A DNA stretch of 64,000 bases from Podarcis filfolensis (Eukaryota), in assembly GCA_964270895.1 (NCBI GenBank), contig OZ185440.1; one strand, 5' to 3'. Made by a program: the position numbers and the translations under genes. Position 1 is the first letter of the stretch; each line of letters starts with the position of its first letter. Shown piece by piece: positions 38,039 through 50,344 of this stretch. A model generated the notes under the pieces. That model searched no databases. It was not told the DNA's origin and saw nothing but the letters and a program-made list of their open reading frames with translations.

Positions 38039-38302
38039 CTTTATGGTGTGATATTTCAGTCTGAAAATTCTTTCCAAGAGGTTCTATCTCTAGTTAGTAA
38101 AGTATTCAGAATGAATGTTTACAAACTCCATACAAACCAGTTTCCCCCCCTAAATACAGTGTTGAACTGTGTGTATGCCTTCCCCCGCCCCTTCCCCAGA
38201 CCAATCAGGTGTATAACTTGAGTCATTTTGGCATTCAATGCCTTAAACTTTTATTAAGCAAATTACAAAAATATTTTAACTCATATGTATTCTTTTTCAA
38301 AA

Positions 38303-38615
38303 GGGACGCGGGTGGCGCTGTGGGTTAAACCACAGAACTTAGGACTTGCCGATCAGAAGGTCGGCAGTTTGAATCCCCGCGATGGGGTGAGCTCCTGTTG
38401 CTTGGTCCCTGCTCCTGCCAACCTAGCAGTTCAAAAGCATGTCAAAGTGCAAGTAGATAAATAGGTATCGTTCTGGCGGGAAGGTAAAAGGCGTTTCCGT
38501 GCGCTGCTCTGGTTCTCCAGAAGCGGCTTAGTCATGCTGGCTCACTTGGCAAATAAAGCGAGATGAGCACCGCAACCCCAGAGTCGGCCACGACTGGACC
38601 TAATGGTCCCTTTAC
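38303..38615 (+). mobile_element. Sauria-type SINE with internal deletion
   Basis: tRNA-like head GGGACGCGGGTGGCGCTGTGG, B-box-like TTTGAATCCCC, TTTACC tail; 11-bp TSD CTTTTTCAAAA at 38292-38302 and 38616-38626. Confidence 0.92.
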
Positions 38616-39188
38616 CTTTTTCAAAAAATGTTGTATTTGTATTTTCCAAAGTGGCAAATAATAAAACTAAACATTACAAGACAAAATAAAACAAAGTCAT
38701 GCATAACATAGACATTTTCCTTCATTATTTACATTGGAAAGTAGTAGCCTTTCTTGTAAAACTGAATAACATGGCATTGACACATTGCCATTACAAAAAC
38801 GAGCATTTTATACCAAGGTGTCCTTCCAAAATGGCTCCTGTTGTGTAGGAGGCTACATTTCCTGCATACCCATGTTTACAAAAGACATAGCTAGAAACCA
38901 AATAGAGGCAAATGCATCAGGATCTACTAATCTCCTTAACATAATATTATGTGTCAATTGTTTAAGTCAGCACAGTGCACCATACATGTTTCACCATGCT
39001 TGCTCTAAGCTTCTAGGCCATCTTCACCACATAAATTGTCAGTATTGCATGATGCACCAAGAGTAAATTGTTTCCCAAATCTTTAGATAATAACTGGTCT
39101 TTTAAAGGTTTAACTCACTTTGTTTCCTATACCCCCTCTTTTAGGGTGCTCTACCATTGCACATGAACCCCTGTTTCATATTTTTCAG

Positions 39189-39374
39189 ATCCCCTTACAG
39201 ACAACAAACTGACTCAACAACAGAGAAGAGCACAGAGGGCATCTCTCCTAGCATTCCATTAAGTGTCATAACAAATCTTGCTGTACCCAGTAGTGCCAAT
39301 GGTGTCACAACTGCCAATTTTAACTCAACGACTGGAACAGAGTCCTCTACTGGTGATGCTAGGGATCGGAGAAG
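39189..39374 (+). CDS. PPP1R12B: PPP1R12B exon 14 (186 nt)
   Basis: ttttcAG|A...AG|GTGAGT; SPYRQQTDSTTEKSTEGISPSIPLSVITNLAVPSSANGVTTANFNSTTGTESSTGDARDRR(R). Confidence 0.94.
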
Positions 39375-40090
39375 GTGAGTGAGTATTTTGGTGGTATTCT
39401 TGTGAAGTGTGTTTTGCCTTCACCTGCTGTAACAATTGATTAGAAACGTTTTCCTATGTTAGTGATCAGATTGTGCTTGGGTTACACTGAACTATCTGGA
39501 CTAAGCTGTGTTGCAAATATTTGCGATGGTTTGAAATTATATTTCCTGGGTATTCACCCACTGTTGTGTGCAAGATTTCCCAATTTTTGGTATTTACAGT
39601 CAAGATGTATTTGTGGTTAAGGTGACTTGGTCACAGCCACTATTTTGAGTTTGGGTAGGATTGTGTGGGTGCGCATGTATGCTTGCAAGTGCATTTTCTT
39701 ATGTATATTCTATGCAAACATATTTTATGCAAACAGTTCAAAGAAGATCTAGCATTTCATTTAAGCTTTCCACTATCCATTGTCTTCATTCAAAGCATAG
39801 TACCTCCAGATTATAAGTTTGGCATAACAAAGCCACATGATTCTGCTCATTCAGTTTCCTTTACTATGTTTTTAATCATGCTGTTGATTGCATGAATATT
39901 TCATTGTGAGCAGTTGCTGGAATTCTCCATGGTACTATGATGACCTGGCACTACTGAAATGTACATTAGTTTTGCCCACATAGTTTTGGAATGGCCATAG
40001 CTATCTAAAAGAACATTCTTTTATGGACATCTCATGTTATTTTGTGGGACACGGAGGGAGATGCAGTTGGTTTCAGAATTACAAATCTAT

Positions 40091-40291
40091 GGGCTAAGTT
40101 GCTGCATGTGCAGAATGAGATCTGCTCATGCATTGAGACTTCTCCCTGTGTGTGTTCCCTCTGTATCCGCTAAATTTGTCTTGGAGAGTTGTTGGAGGGC
40201 ACAGAGGTAGGAGAGGGCAGAAAGTCCCAGTGTGTGAGTGGACTTCATTTCTCTCATACATACTCCACTTAGTACTACATTGAATTCACCC
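40091..40291. mobile_element. Harbinger-like MITE related to 34401-34632
   Basis: GGG...CCC ends flanked by TAT/TAT; similar internal sequence. Confidence 0.5.
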
Positions 40292-40922
40292 TATATTTCT
40301 TTTTTATTATTATTACCTAGCGGTTGAGCTCTGTTGAGATGACCTTGGTTTCAGATGAGATTAAAGCAGGTGATATTAAATGGTGACCGATTGTGGGGTT
40401 TAAACCATATTCTTAGTAATGTAAATCAGTCAGACATTTTGAGAGGAAGCCTGGTAGCTTAAAATGAAAAATAACAGGCATTTGCTAGATACCACAATAT
40501 GGGTTTTCAGCACTTAATGGCAGCTGTCACAATAGCACATTCATTTAATTCAGTGTTCCCAAAGCTCCATGTTTCTCTTAGCAACAACAACATAAACTCC
40601 CAGACTAATATTAGATCATTAAGATGCCTCCATAACAGGCAGCTCCTACTTGCCTATTTGAAGCCACTGGATTAAAACTGAAATGCATTGCTAGGTTTAG
40701 GAGGAGAGAATAAGTCATCTGGAATGTCCTTCCTTTCAGAAGGGTGCTGCTACACTGACTGAAAAGCTGACTGGACATATGACTTTTGAACAAGTTCCCT
40801 TTATACATTTTGTTCTAAGTGCAAAAATCCAGAGGATCAAATGTCCAAATAGTTTCTATTCAGGATTCATTCATTATTTTCCCACAATGGTGTGAAAACT
40901 TCCATCTGATCTAATCCTACAT

Positions 40923-40972
40923 TGGTCAAGTAACGTCTGGATGGAAGAACCGCATGGAAGCCCTGCGCTTGT
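40923..40972 (+). mobile_element. Possible 5S rRNA-derived SINE remnant
   Basis: tggtcaagtaacgtctggatggaagaaccgcatggaagccctgcgct loosely matches the 5S 3' half TGGTTAGTACTTGGATGGGAGACCGCCTGGGAA. Confidence 0.35.
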
Positions 40973-42662
40973 GAATTGTGTTCACTTAGCCATTGTAGTT
41001 TCCTCATACAAACATTAGCAAAGCAATTTGAACTGTACTAGGTTGAAGTGACTATTGGGTTGCTGTGGGAAATGAAACCAAGACTACAGTTGACCTATGA
41101 TTAATAGCAGGTAGATTTGCGGTGTCTAACTGCAGAGTAATAATCCATCATAGAAATTAGATTTTGAAATGGAGCCTGCTTTTGTACTCTGCTCTTGTTT
41201 CAGCATTAACTGGGGAAGCCTGGAAATTTGACTGTAGGCTTAGTAGTTTGCTGATGCATGTTTCTTTACACTGAATTATTCTGCTATATTATATCAATGT
41301 GCTGAGTCTGTTGTCTTAAAACCTTGTCTATGCTGCCTTAGCAGTTTGGACTTGGGTGGTGAAACAAGTTCATCTATACGCATAAGCGCTCTATTTTGAT
41401 CTTGCTATTATTGTTTGCTCATCATTTATATTAAAAGCAGCGATTAAGACACATGAATGATGGGACTTGCAGTCATATGATTGAAAATATCTCACATCTA
41501 GCAAATTTTTAGATTAACCAGGGGAGATCAAGTAAATCATCCATTGCCAGAACAAATATGTGACTGATGTCCATTTCTTTTTTATAATGTAACTATAATT
41601 TTGTAATACTTATGGAAAAATCAAACTAAACTGTTTACCTTCTGAAAACGAGACCTTTACCTAGCCAGTTTCTGAACAGATAGTGATTGCATGGACTTCA
41701 TTGATGTCAGTGCTGTGCTATGAACAACTGTCAGTAATAGAGAACCATGCTGCTGATTTGTGCTATGTTGACTTTCAAAGTCCTTGAAATTATTAATAAT
41801 AATTCTGCTTTTGCTGTTGTCATGATTTTCTCTCAGCTGTTTACATAAGGCTCGCATTTTTCCTAGGAGGAGTTTCCCCCTTTTCTTGCAATCTTGAGCT
41901 TTGAGTTAAGCTTCTATGGCTTGTTGGGAAGGAGGGGTATAGACATGATTTAATTTTGCAAAAAAGATTAATTAATTTAAAAATTATATATTATTGTATG
42001 AAGGCCAAGAACTGCAAAAGAAGTGGTTGGTCATTATATTTGTTTTTGTATTCCCTCCCCCTCATATATTGTGTGTTTCTTTTTTGTTTTTGTTGAGAAC
42101 ATTCACATTTTTAAAAGAAAATGGCTTGGTAGGTTAAGCGTATCCTCTTAAATAGTGAGTACTACTTTTCAAAGAAGTGTGTACATTAGAGGAATTGACC
42201 ACAGCCTTGCTAGTGGCGGTAGAGTAGCTGCTATACTAGGTGCCTGCAGAAGTTGATGTACATGGGCTCCAGAAAACATAGGTTATTGTACCATTTGGTG
42301 TCACTGTTTGAATAGTTTCAATTGTTCTGCTAAATTCCACCATTGACTATGTGCAGAATTGCTGCCCGTTTCTAGTGTTTGCACTGATTAGCTATGATTT
42401 ACTAAGTTATGAATGAAGAGAAAGTGTTTATTTCTAAGGAAGTGCTTGATAAGAGCAATCACTTCCTATTTCAAATGCTCCATAGATGCGTATTGTACTA
42501 ATTGTTTCTGAAATCTCAGCCTAGTTGCTTTCTGTGTTTTGGGGCACCACCTACTGTTTAGAGATTGTCCCTGCACTTGGGCCTACTCTGGCAAACATTT
42601 ATAATATAGCACGTGAACCTCCAGGAGAGAGAAGCCTTCGTTCTGAAGGTCAGACATACATA

Positions 42663-42885
42663 CAGTGGTACCTCGGGTTACATACGCTTCAGGTTACAGA
42701 CTCCACTAACCCAGAAATAGTACCTCGGGTTAAGAACATTTCTTCAGGATGAGAACAGAAATTGTGCTCCGGCAGCGTGGCAGCAGCAGGAGGCCCCATT
42801 AGCTAAAGTGGTGCTTCAGGTTAACAGTTTCAGGTTAAGTACGGACCTCCGGAACGAATTAAGTACTTAACCCGAGGTACCACTG
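42663..42885. mobile_element. Tc1/pogo-type MITE
   Basis: TA|CAGTGGTACCTCGGGTTA...TAACCCGAGGTACCACTG|TA, perfect 18-bp TIR. Confidence 0.92.
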
Positions 42886-44580
42886 TATTTTGTAGATGTT
42901 CTTCTGTCTGCCTTTGGCCGTTTATTTTTTGATTTGTAAAAAGAAATTGCATATTCTCTGTCTATATAACAAAGTAGCACAATAATAAGATTATGATATC
43001 TCCCCAAGAGCAGCACATATGTTAGCCGTCAAGGAAGAAAGATGGAGATGGGAAATATGAGAGAGAACAGGGAATCACGTAGGCAGTGTGCATGGAAAAG
43101 TGGTGGGACTGACACAAGAAGAAATAAAAATAAAAATTGCATGACTCTATTGGTGTGGATGGGGAAGAGAGTTAAGGGAAGATTTCCACCAGGCCTGTAG
43201 ATCCCAATAAGTGACCAAACAGTATAATCTAAACAATGACCCATGAATGAAGCCAAGGAATCTTCGTGAAATTCTTACTGACTGCCCAAATTATCTGGAT
43301 TTCGGAAGAAGTTATTTGACTAGTAACTATTTCCTGGAATCTAGATTTCTCTGAATCATTCCTATAAGCAGGCTACCTGATAGAGTGAATCTCACTAGAA
43401 AAGAATGGAAATTACTATGAAATCAGATTCATATTGGATGGAAAAAAACCACACATGAGATGCAGATTGATATTGGTTGAAGACACTCCATGTACAGGAT
43501 ACAAGTTTCATGTATTTATTTATTTGTCGGTTTGTATCCCATCCTTACTCTGACATAAACAGAACAAAACATTTATAAAAAATAATAATATGATAAAAAC
43601 CAGAATCATAAGCAAGCTTAACAGAGATAATCAATGACAAGCAATACCACTAAAATCACTACGATATCAATGCTTCACAAATAAAAATAAATTTGCAGTG
43701 TTGCATCATCTTTTTATTTGACAAAGGTAGCTTGCCTTGGTAGAACTTGGTTGTTTGAAATCATTTTTCTTATGTAACTATGAATCTGCCATAAGCTCTC
43801 CCATACTTCAGATTCTTGCATGAACATATTTCAAACTGTTCTTGCTTTATCTTACCTTTCATTGCTTATTTCTTGATACCAACATGGCACAGTTTGCTTT
43901 ATCCTTGTGCAATTAAAATATTTGGGACAATAATCAATATTTGATTATTCTAAGAGTGTTGTGCACAATTTATGTAGTTGTTGGTATTCAATTGTAGTAG
44001 AAAATCAGGACAGAGGAAGATGACCTTCTGAAAGTGTTAAGAAAACCTCATCTCAGATACTTACATAACTCCAAAGGGTTTTCAGGGGGCTACTCTATCT
44101 GTAAGTCAAAAGGTTGTTCAGAGCCCTTGTTTAAAATAGCATGCAGGCTGTAACATGTATCTCAAGGCTGCTGAGTTCAGTTATCATTGCTGTCAGAACT
44201 GTATGCATTGTGTGGTGACTCCTGGTCTTATATGAAATGGTGATTATGCGGCTGGTTAATCGGTTTGGTACAGTTGTAAGTTCATACCACAGCACCCTTC
44301 ATATCTTGCTTGCACAAGTGTGCATGCATAATAAACACACACATCAGAGGTCTTAAACAGTTGCTGATTCTGTTTTTCGTCAAAATGAGGAATTATTTCA
44401 TATTGAAGCACTACATTTACCAGAACAGTCTTGTAATTTTGCAAGGCTCTGACAGATTCCTACACGAATAAAGTACTTAAAATACTATTTCCCCTTCTAT
44501 GCCACATACTTGGCACTGTGTTAGGAAAGGAGGGCAAAGGCTCTCTTAAAGAAGGAACCAGTCAGCCAACACCTGCTACT

Positions 44581-44885
44581 AAAAGTGCTTATCAGCCATG
44601 CTTTTATAGTTTGCGATAAAGTCGTTCTTTTATAAAAAGAGCTACCAGTGCTGGTGTGATGATGTAGCAGGGGCAGGAATTCTGCCTGCTGTTTGATTTT
44701 CCTTGTTGGGAAGAGGAAAGGTTGTTGTTGCTTTATCAGGCATCAGACCGCATTTTTCTGTGCAAGAGGTCAGGGTGAGGGCTTGCGTCTTACCGGAGAA
44801 AGCCTGGCGACCTGTGGAGTAACTGAGCAGGTATACGTGAAAGGGTTTCAGCTCCTGGAGGGACTTCCTGACATAGTTCAAGGTG
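44581..44885 (+). promoter_or_regulatory. Candidate internal promoter and first exon for an M21-type short isoform
   Basis: GATA sites (CTTATCA 44588-44594, TTATCA 44733-44738), TATAAAA 44631-44637, downstream donors CAG|GTATAC (44831) and AAG|GTGGGA (44883). Motif-level evidence only. Confidence 0.35.
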
Positions 44886-45304
44886 GGAGTTCTTATTGGC
44901 TCAGATTGTTGCATATTTGTGCTTCGTGCAAAAACAAAAAGCTGTGCAGATTAAAGTAGACCAACATCTAACTTTACTTACTAAACACTTATAGGCTTAG
45001 CTTGTGCTGGACTTTTAAGAGAAGTGCCCAAGAGAAGGAATTTATGTGCTAGGAATGACTTACAGTTTGTACCCAGAAAAATAGCTTTAAAATCAGGTAA
45101 AGCTGCCTTTCTCTAGAGTCTGCTTTATTCCACTCTTGCCTCAGATACTAACTGAATGTATTTCTGTGTTTGCTAATGTTCGTTTAGAATGGTTGCACTT
45201 GAAGAATTCTGCTCTCAACAGAGAGCATTTATGTATATTTTCACTGAAGACTAATAGAGAATTTGGTTAAAACTGTTGTATCTTCCTTGCCTGCTGTTGG
45301 ACTA

Positions 45305-45450
45305 TGAGATGTACATACATGCCCCCTCTAAGAATCCTGGGAACTGTAGTTTAAGGGTGCTGGGATTTGTAACTTGTGAGGGGTAAGCCGCAGTTCCCAG
45401 GATGGTGGTGGTGGTAAAGGTGGTTAAAATTTATATTGTTTGTGCAGCTT
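45305..45450. mobile_element. Degenerate palindromic MITE
   Basis: Perfect 13-bp inverted pair ATCCTGGGAACTG (45334-45346) / CAGTTCCCAGGAT (45391-45403). Confidence 0.55.
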
Positions 45451-46333
45451 GAGTCATGAAGGGGCGTAGTCAGGGTGGAGTTTTATCACTTTCGCTTTGT
45501 TATATTCTTCCACAAAATCAGTTTAGCCATACAGTGTACATTTACAGCTTAAAAAATTTTATGCACAGTGCATGTAAGTAAAGTGTGCTAAAATTCAAGG
45601 TACAAATCTTGAAGCCAGTGTCAGCTCCAGGTTTTGGAGAGCCTTTGGGTAAGGCAACCTCCATGGCCCATCCTGCCTCACTGAATCAATTTTTTCATTG
45701 TAGCAGGTCCAGTGGCTCCCCAGTAAGGTGTGACCCTTGATTCATGTTGATCCTTGACACCAGCCCTCATAAAATCATATGTGGCTAATCTTTATGCCTT
45801 GCAAATATTAGTTTTTCCCATATTTTTTTTGACCCATGAGGTGGTTACTTTCCGGTTTTTTTTCTTTTTTAAAGTTGTTTTTTAAGTCAGTTCATTGTAA
45901 AAGGTTGGCATCTCTTTGGTGAATCAGGAAATCTTTTTCAGATGGCAATGAATTTGCCATGATATCAGCTGTCTTTTGTGAACAAGAATATGGAAGACTG
46001 TTGCTTTGTGGATATGACTGCTTCTTGTTCAGCACATTTCAGTCTCCTCTTATTAAATGTACCTTGGCTAATTAGACCTGGACTGTCTGTTTTCTTTGGA
46101 AGAGTTGAGTAAAAGCACCACCATAGTATCTGGGTTTTGCTTTCTGGACTAGGTCAGCTGGGCTGCTCCTGCTAGTCTCTGTTGTGTGGAAACTGGCACA
46201 TCCTCTCTGTGGCTTATACCTTTCTAGCGTACACATTTCCTTTAAAGGAGGCAAACTTGTGCACACTTACCTGTGCATAAATCCCAATTAACTTGATAGG
46301 GATTACTTCAGAGTTAGACACCTATTTATAGTA

Positions 46334-46477
46334 AATTATTATTATTAAAAATATATACATGTACAAGATATACATATACAATATCACATACAGATGGTTA
46401 CAGTAAAAACACCACAGCCCCAGTCCTTTCCTTTAAAGTGGTCCTAATAGAGAAGAAAGTTCCAAAGGGGTATGCGA
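46334..46477 (-). mobile_element. Short retroposed insertion with (AAT)n tail
   Basis: 12-bp TSD CTATTTATAGTA at 46322-46333 and 46478-46489. Confidence 0.6.
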
Positions 46478-46714
46478 CTATTTATAGTATTTTTACTCTA
46501 TTCTTCAGCTGGAAAAAAGGTTCTCAGAGTGACTTGCAAATATGAATATTAATATAGTAAATAAATAATAACAGCTTTCAGGCTTACACACTAAAAGATA
46601 ACACAAAATGAAAAGAGATTGAGAGGGATGAGGAAGTAAGCAAACCTGTGTACTCAGTTTCAGTTCGAGGTGTTTTTTGTGTGTGATGACCACCTGGAAT
46701 GGTTGCATGTATAG

Positions 46715-46852
46715 CAGCCTTTGCCAAATCCTGGTGTCTTCCAGATGTTTTGGACTACAGCTCCAATACTCCCTGGCCATCGTCCATGCTGGCTGAGACT
46801 GATGAGTCTTGTAGTGCAAAACATCTCATGGGCACCAGGTTGGCAAAGACTC
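46715..46852. mobile_element. hAT hairpin MITE variant
   Basis: CAGCCTTTGCCAA / TTGGCAAAGACTC; core ccagatgttttggactaca; flanked by direct repeat GCATGTATAG. Confidence 0.75.
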
Positions 46853-48025
46853 GCATGTATAGTACCGTTAGTCAGCATTAACAACTGCCTTCATGCCTAA
46901 AATTCTGCACCCTACGCTGTTACACAGACCTGGTTTGCACATTACACGAAACCATATTAAAAACAAACAAATCATATTTTAATGTGGAAGGGTAGATCAC
47001 TTGTGCATTCCGCTGAAAGGTTTTCACTCCATTCATCTCCCATTTCTACAGCTGCTACACCTCAGAGAAAGAAGCTACAGTCTCATTTATTGTGATATCT
47101 GAACTTGAGGTTGTGGTTTATTTCTCTCCAAGCAAACCATGGCTACTGCTTCTGGTTTGTAGAGAAACAAGCCATAGCCCCTGGTTCAGATGTCATAACC
47201 AGACGGACTCTGGTGACTTTCCCATCACAGTACTTCAGTACCGCTTCTTTCTGATGTGTAAAGAGGAGCTATTCTTAGAGATAGAAAGAAGGCACACTTT
47301 GCTTTTTTCAGACTTATTTTTGGAGGGGGAGAGAGACCCATGCAAGCAGGGTGCAGATGTAGAGAATCAAGCACGTCTTCATTACTTTTTTGTGTCTCTG
47401 CTATCTGAGTTACACAAGAGTATGACCAGAATATCATGGAGGTGCTAATTTTGAAAACAATGGCTTTGGCTTGATTTCCATAGCATACTTAATGGTTTAT
47501 TGATGAGCCCCTTCTGTGCATTTCTAATTCAAATAAATTTTCAATCCAAATGCATATTTGATCTAGTTCTCTTGTACAACTCAATTATAAACTAAAATAA
47601 TTGATTATGCTCCATATAAGAGCTTACGTGGAGTCCTGTCAGTACTGGGACCCATGCTTTTGAATTTGTTCAAAAGTATTCTGTGCCACTGCTTGTAGCA
47701 TTAGACTCCCACAGGGATTATTTCTTTTTGAAATTTTAGAACACAGCAGGATTCCTTCTAACCCTAGACATGAATTCTAAATTTTAATTCCGTTTTGGTT
47801 ATCTCAGTGTAAGACAGAGTTTCATAACTGTGGGTGGCTATGCCCAAATAAAATAGCTGATATAAATCAGTCATCTTGAAATAACTTAGTTATAAGATGG
47901 TATTGTTAGTAGGTTTCTTCTATGCATCTGAGGAACTTGGATACGTGAACAAAACAACCTATATGAAAAGGCATATAATATTAATATATATATATTTAAA
48001 AACCTATTCTGTCCCTTTCTTTTAG

Positions 48026-48116
48026 GTCATATCTGACTCCTGTCCGGGATGAAGAAGCAGAATCTCTAAGAAAGGCACGATCCAGGCAAGCTCGCCAGAC
48101 TCGTAGATCTACACAG
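48026..48116 (+). CDS. PPP1R12B: PPP1R12B exon 15 (91 nt), inhibitory phospho-motif RRSTQ (Thr codon 48111-48113; MYPT1 T696 equivalent)
   Basis: ttttAG|G...CAG|GTACGG; SYLTPVRDEEAESLRKARSRQARQTRRSTQ. Confidence 0.97.
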
Positions 48117-48709
48117 GTACGGAACAATAACTCTTTATGGCCTGTTAGATGTTGGGCTATTTAAAAAATAATTATATAAGTAGAATTATTTAATGCATCC
48201 TGTGAAGATGCCTAACACTTCCCCACTCACACTTCATTGCTGAGTTCTCCTTTTGAATGAAGTTGCATTATTTCTGGAAGACATCCAAGATCACACACCT
48301 GTGAATCTCCAAAGAAGGGAATTACTTCCATATTATACATTTGAGAGATAAAAAAATTGGTCTGTAAAAGCTCCTGTAAAAGGAGATTATGATTTTTTTT
48401 TCTTAATGGAAGAATGCTCAAGGAAAGTGTTGTCCATGGGTAGCAATGTTGCATTGTGATGTTCTCTCTTAAAAACATCTCTGTACCTTCTATGCAATGA
48501 CATTATCAACCACTTATGTTTGTGATTCTGTATTTAGCATTTCTTCCTTCTTTTAAGCTGATTGATATATTAAAGTGGTGATTGCTAACTTTCATGCCAC
48601 TGGGTCTGACCTATAATTAGAAATTGGCTGAGCTTGGGCTTTGTGGAAAAGGTAATGTAATTTGTGTTTAGCTGTGGATTCAGTGTAAGAGGTGTAATGT
48701 TAACAAATA

Positions 48710-48935
48710 CAGTCATACATCATGTTAGGTCCGCTTTATGGTTACTTTTCAAGTTGCGTCCTGTGGCAACCCGGAAGTACCGGAACTGTTACTTCTGGAT
48801 TTCGCCGCTTGCGCATGCGCAGAAGCGCTAAATCATGCTGTGTGCGTGCACAGATGTGGCGCTTCTGGATGCGAATGCTTCGAGTTGTGGACGTGCCTCC
48901 GGAATGGATTACGTCCGCAACTCGAGGTTCCACTG
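48710..48935 (+). mobile_element. Tc1/pogo-type MITE (family A), ending 38 nt before exon 16
   Basis: TA|CAGTCATACATC...GAGGTTCCACTG|TA; CpG-rich. Confidence 0.88.
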
Positions 48936-48973
48936 TATAGCTATAATAGACTTGACTTTCTCCCATTTCCCAG

Positions 48974-49165
48974 GGTGTAACACTTACAGATCTTCAGGAG
49001 GCAGAGAAAACCTTTAGCCGATCTCGGACAGAGCGGCCTGAACAGCCAAGTGAAAAATTGGAAAGAACTGAAGCAACTGAGGAAGACTGTGAGAGGCAGG
49101 CACAGACTGCAGCAAGGGAACCTGGGGAGACCCGCTCACGATGGAACAGAAACTTGGATGAAGAG
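48974..49165 (+). CDS. PPP1R12B: PPP1R12B exon 16 (192 nt)
   Basis: ttcccAG|GGT...GAG|GTGAGT; GVTLTDLQEAEKTFSRSRTERPEQPSEKLERTEATEEDCERQAQTAAREPGETRSRWNRNLDEE. Confidence 0.95.
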
Positions 49166-49184
49166 GTGAGTAAAACTATTGTAG

Positions 49185-49300
49185 TAATGCCAAAGTTACA
49201 GGTTTGATCCCTGTATGAGACAGCTGCATATTCCTGCATTGCGGGGGGGCGGGGGGGACTAGACAATCCTCAGAGTCCCTTCCAACTCTATGATTCTATG
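49185..49300 (+). mobile_element. 5'-truncated tRNA-head/CR1-tail SINE (Squam1-like)
   Basis: B-box-like ggtttgatccc followed by a CR1-type tail attcctgcattgc...gtcccttccaactctatgattctatg. Confidence 0.75.
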
Positions 49301-50344
49301 TCCAGCTACCTTTTTTCAAAATGTTTTTATGGCTTGAGATGAGCATCAGGTTTTTAATTATTCTGCTTTAAATGTATTAGGAGAGATTGGATCCGCTTTT
49401 TGAACATAAGCATCGTAGCTTTCAGTGTTGCTTTGCTTTCCACTTCACCATTCATTTATTATGCCCAACAGTAAGGAAAACCTGTAAGTGTAAAGAAATA
49501 CAAAGTGTAATGAGAAAATCATGCTGAGTGTTCAAAATGAATATTTGTTCTTTCCAGATACTTGAACTGTAACTAATCAGAAAGCAGTATTAGCAGTGTT
49601 GTTGTTTTATTAACACTTGAAGGGCATGTCTAGATGACAGAACTTAATAAATGGCATTTTAAATAGTTTCCATACTTTCAAGGGTTGTAATATTATTAAC
49701 TGACAATTGATTTTCATCTTTGTCTACAACTGTGAGATGATACTACCTAATGTAGATTCTCTGACCATACAGTCATTTTTTTCTTTTTCCTTTAAACCAA
49801 TTTTTTGGCAATTTTTATGATAGCTTTGGAGATGGCTCATATCTGTAGGCTTTCAAATGGTTTCTCTTGCATTTAGATTATAGGTATGGTCCTTGTTGGG
49901 CATGAATCAAACTAAGTTCGCTGAATTTGCTAATCCACGTCTAAACACACGTGGAATCATTCACAAGATTGGGATACATACAGATTTTGACCACAAGGTG
50001 ACAGGGTGACAGTACAAAGTTGTGTTGCAGTGGGGGGGGGGAGTGTCTTCACCCCTAGACTCTAGACGATCTATGTTTTTCCTTCTCTGAAATCATTATG
50101 AAGAAAGATAGATTTTAAATCCTTTTTTTCACACTATCATTATTATAAGTAAAATAACCTTTGTCTCCTATCTCAAATGATCATTCTTGTTCTTTATAGA
50201 CACCCTAAATCAGAATGGAATGAACCTTTCTATAGTCTAACTCCATTAATAGAGTATGATTAAAGATTGAGGAGAAAACTTGTACTTTGCTAGCTGTTAA
50301 TTATCTTCTTATTAAGTCATTAATTCTGTTCATTTGTCTTTCAG

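Noticed and set aside
38303-38380. tRNA gene (also 61349 and 25683)
   Set aside because: These are tRNA-derived SINE heads followed by SINE bodies and tails (with TSDs for 38303 and 61349); there is no complete cloverleaf.
46261-46275. Perfect minus-strand donor CAG|GTAAGT as part of an antisense gene
   Set aside because: It belongs to a recurrent palindromic MITE consensus (also seen at 19747-19828).
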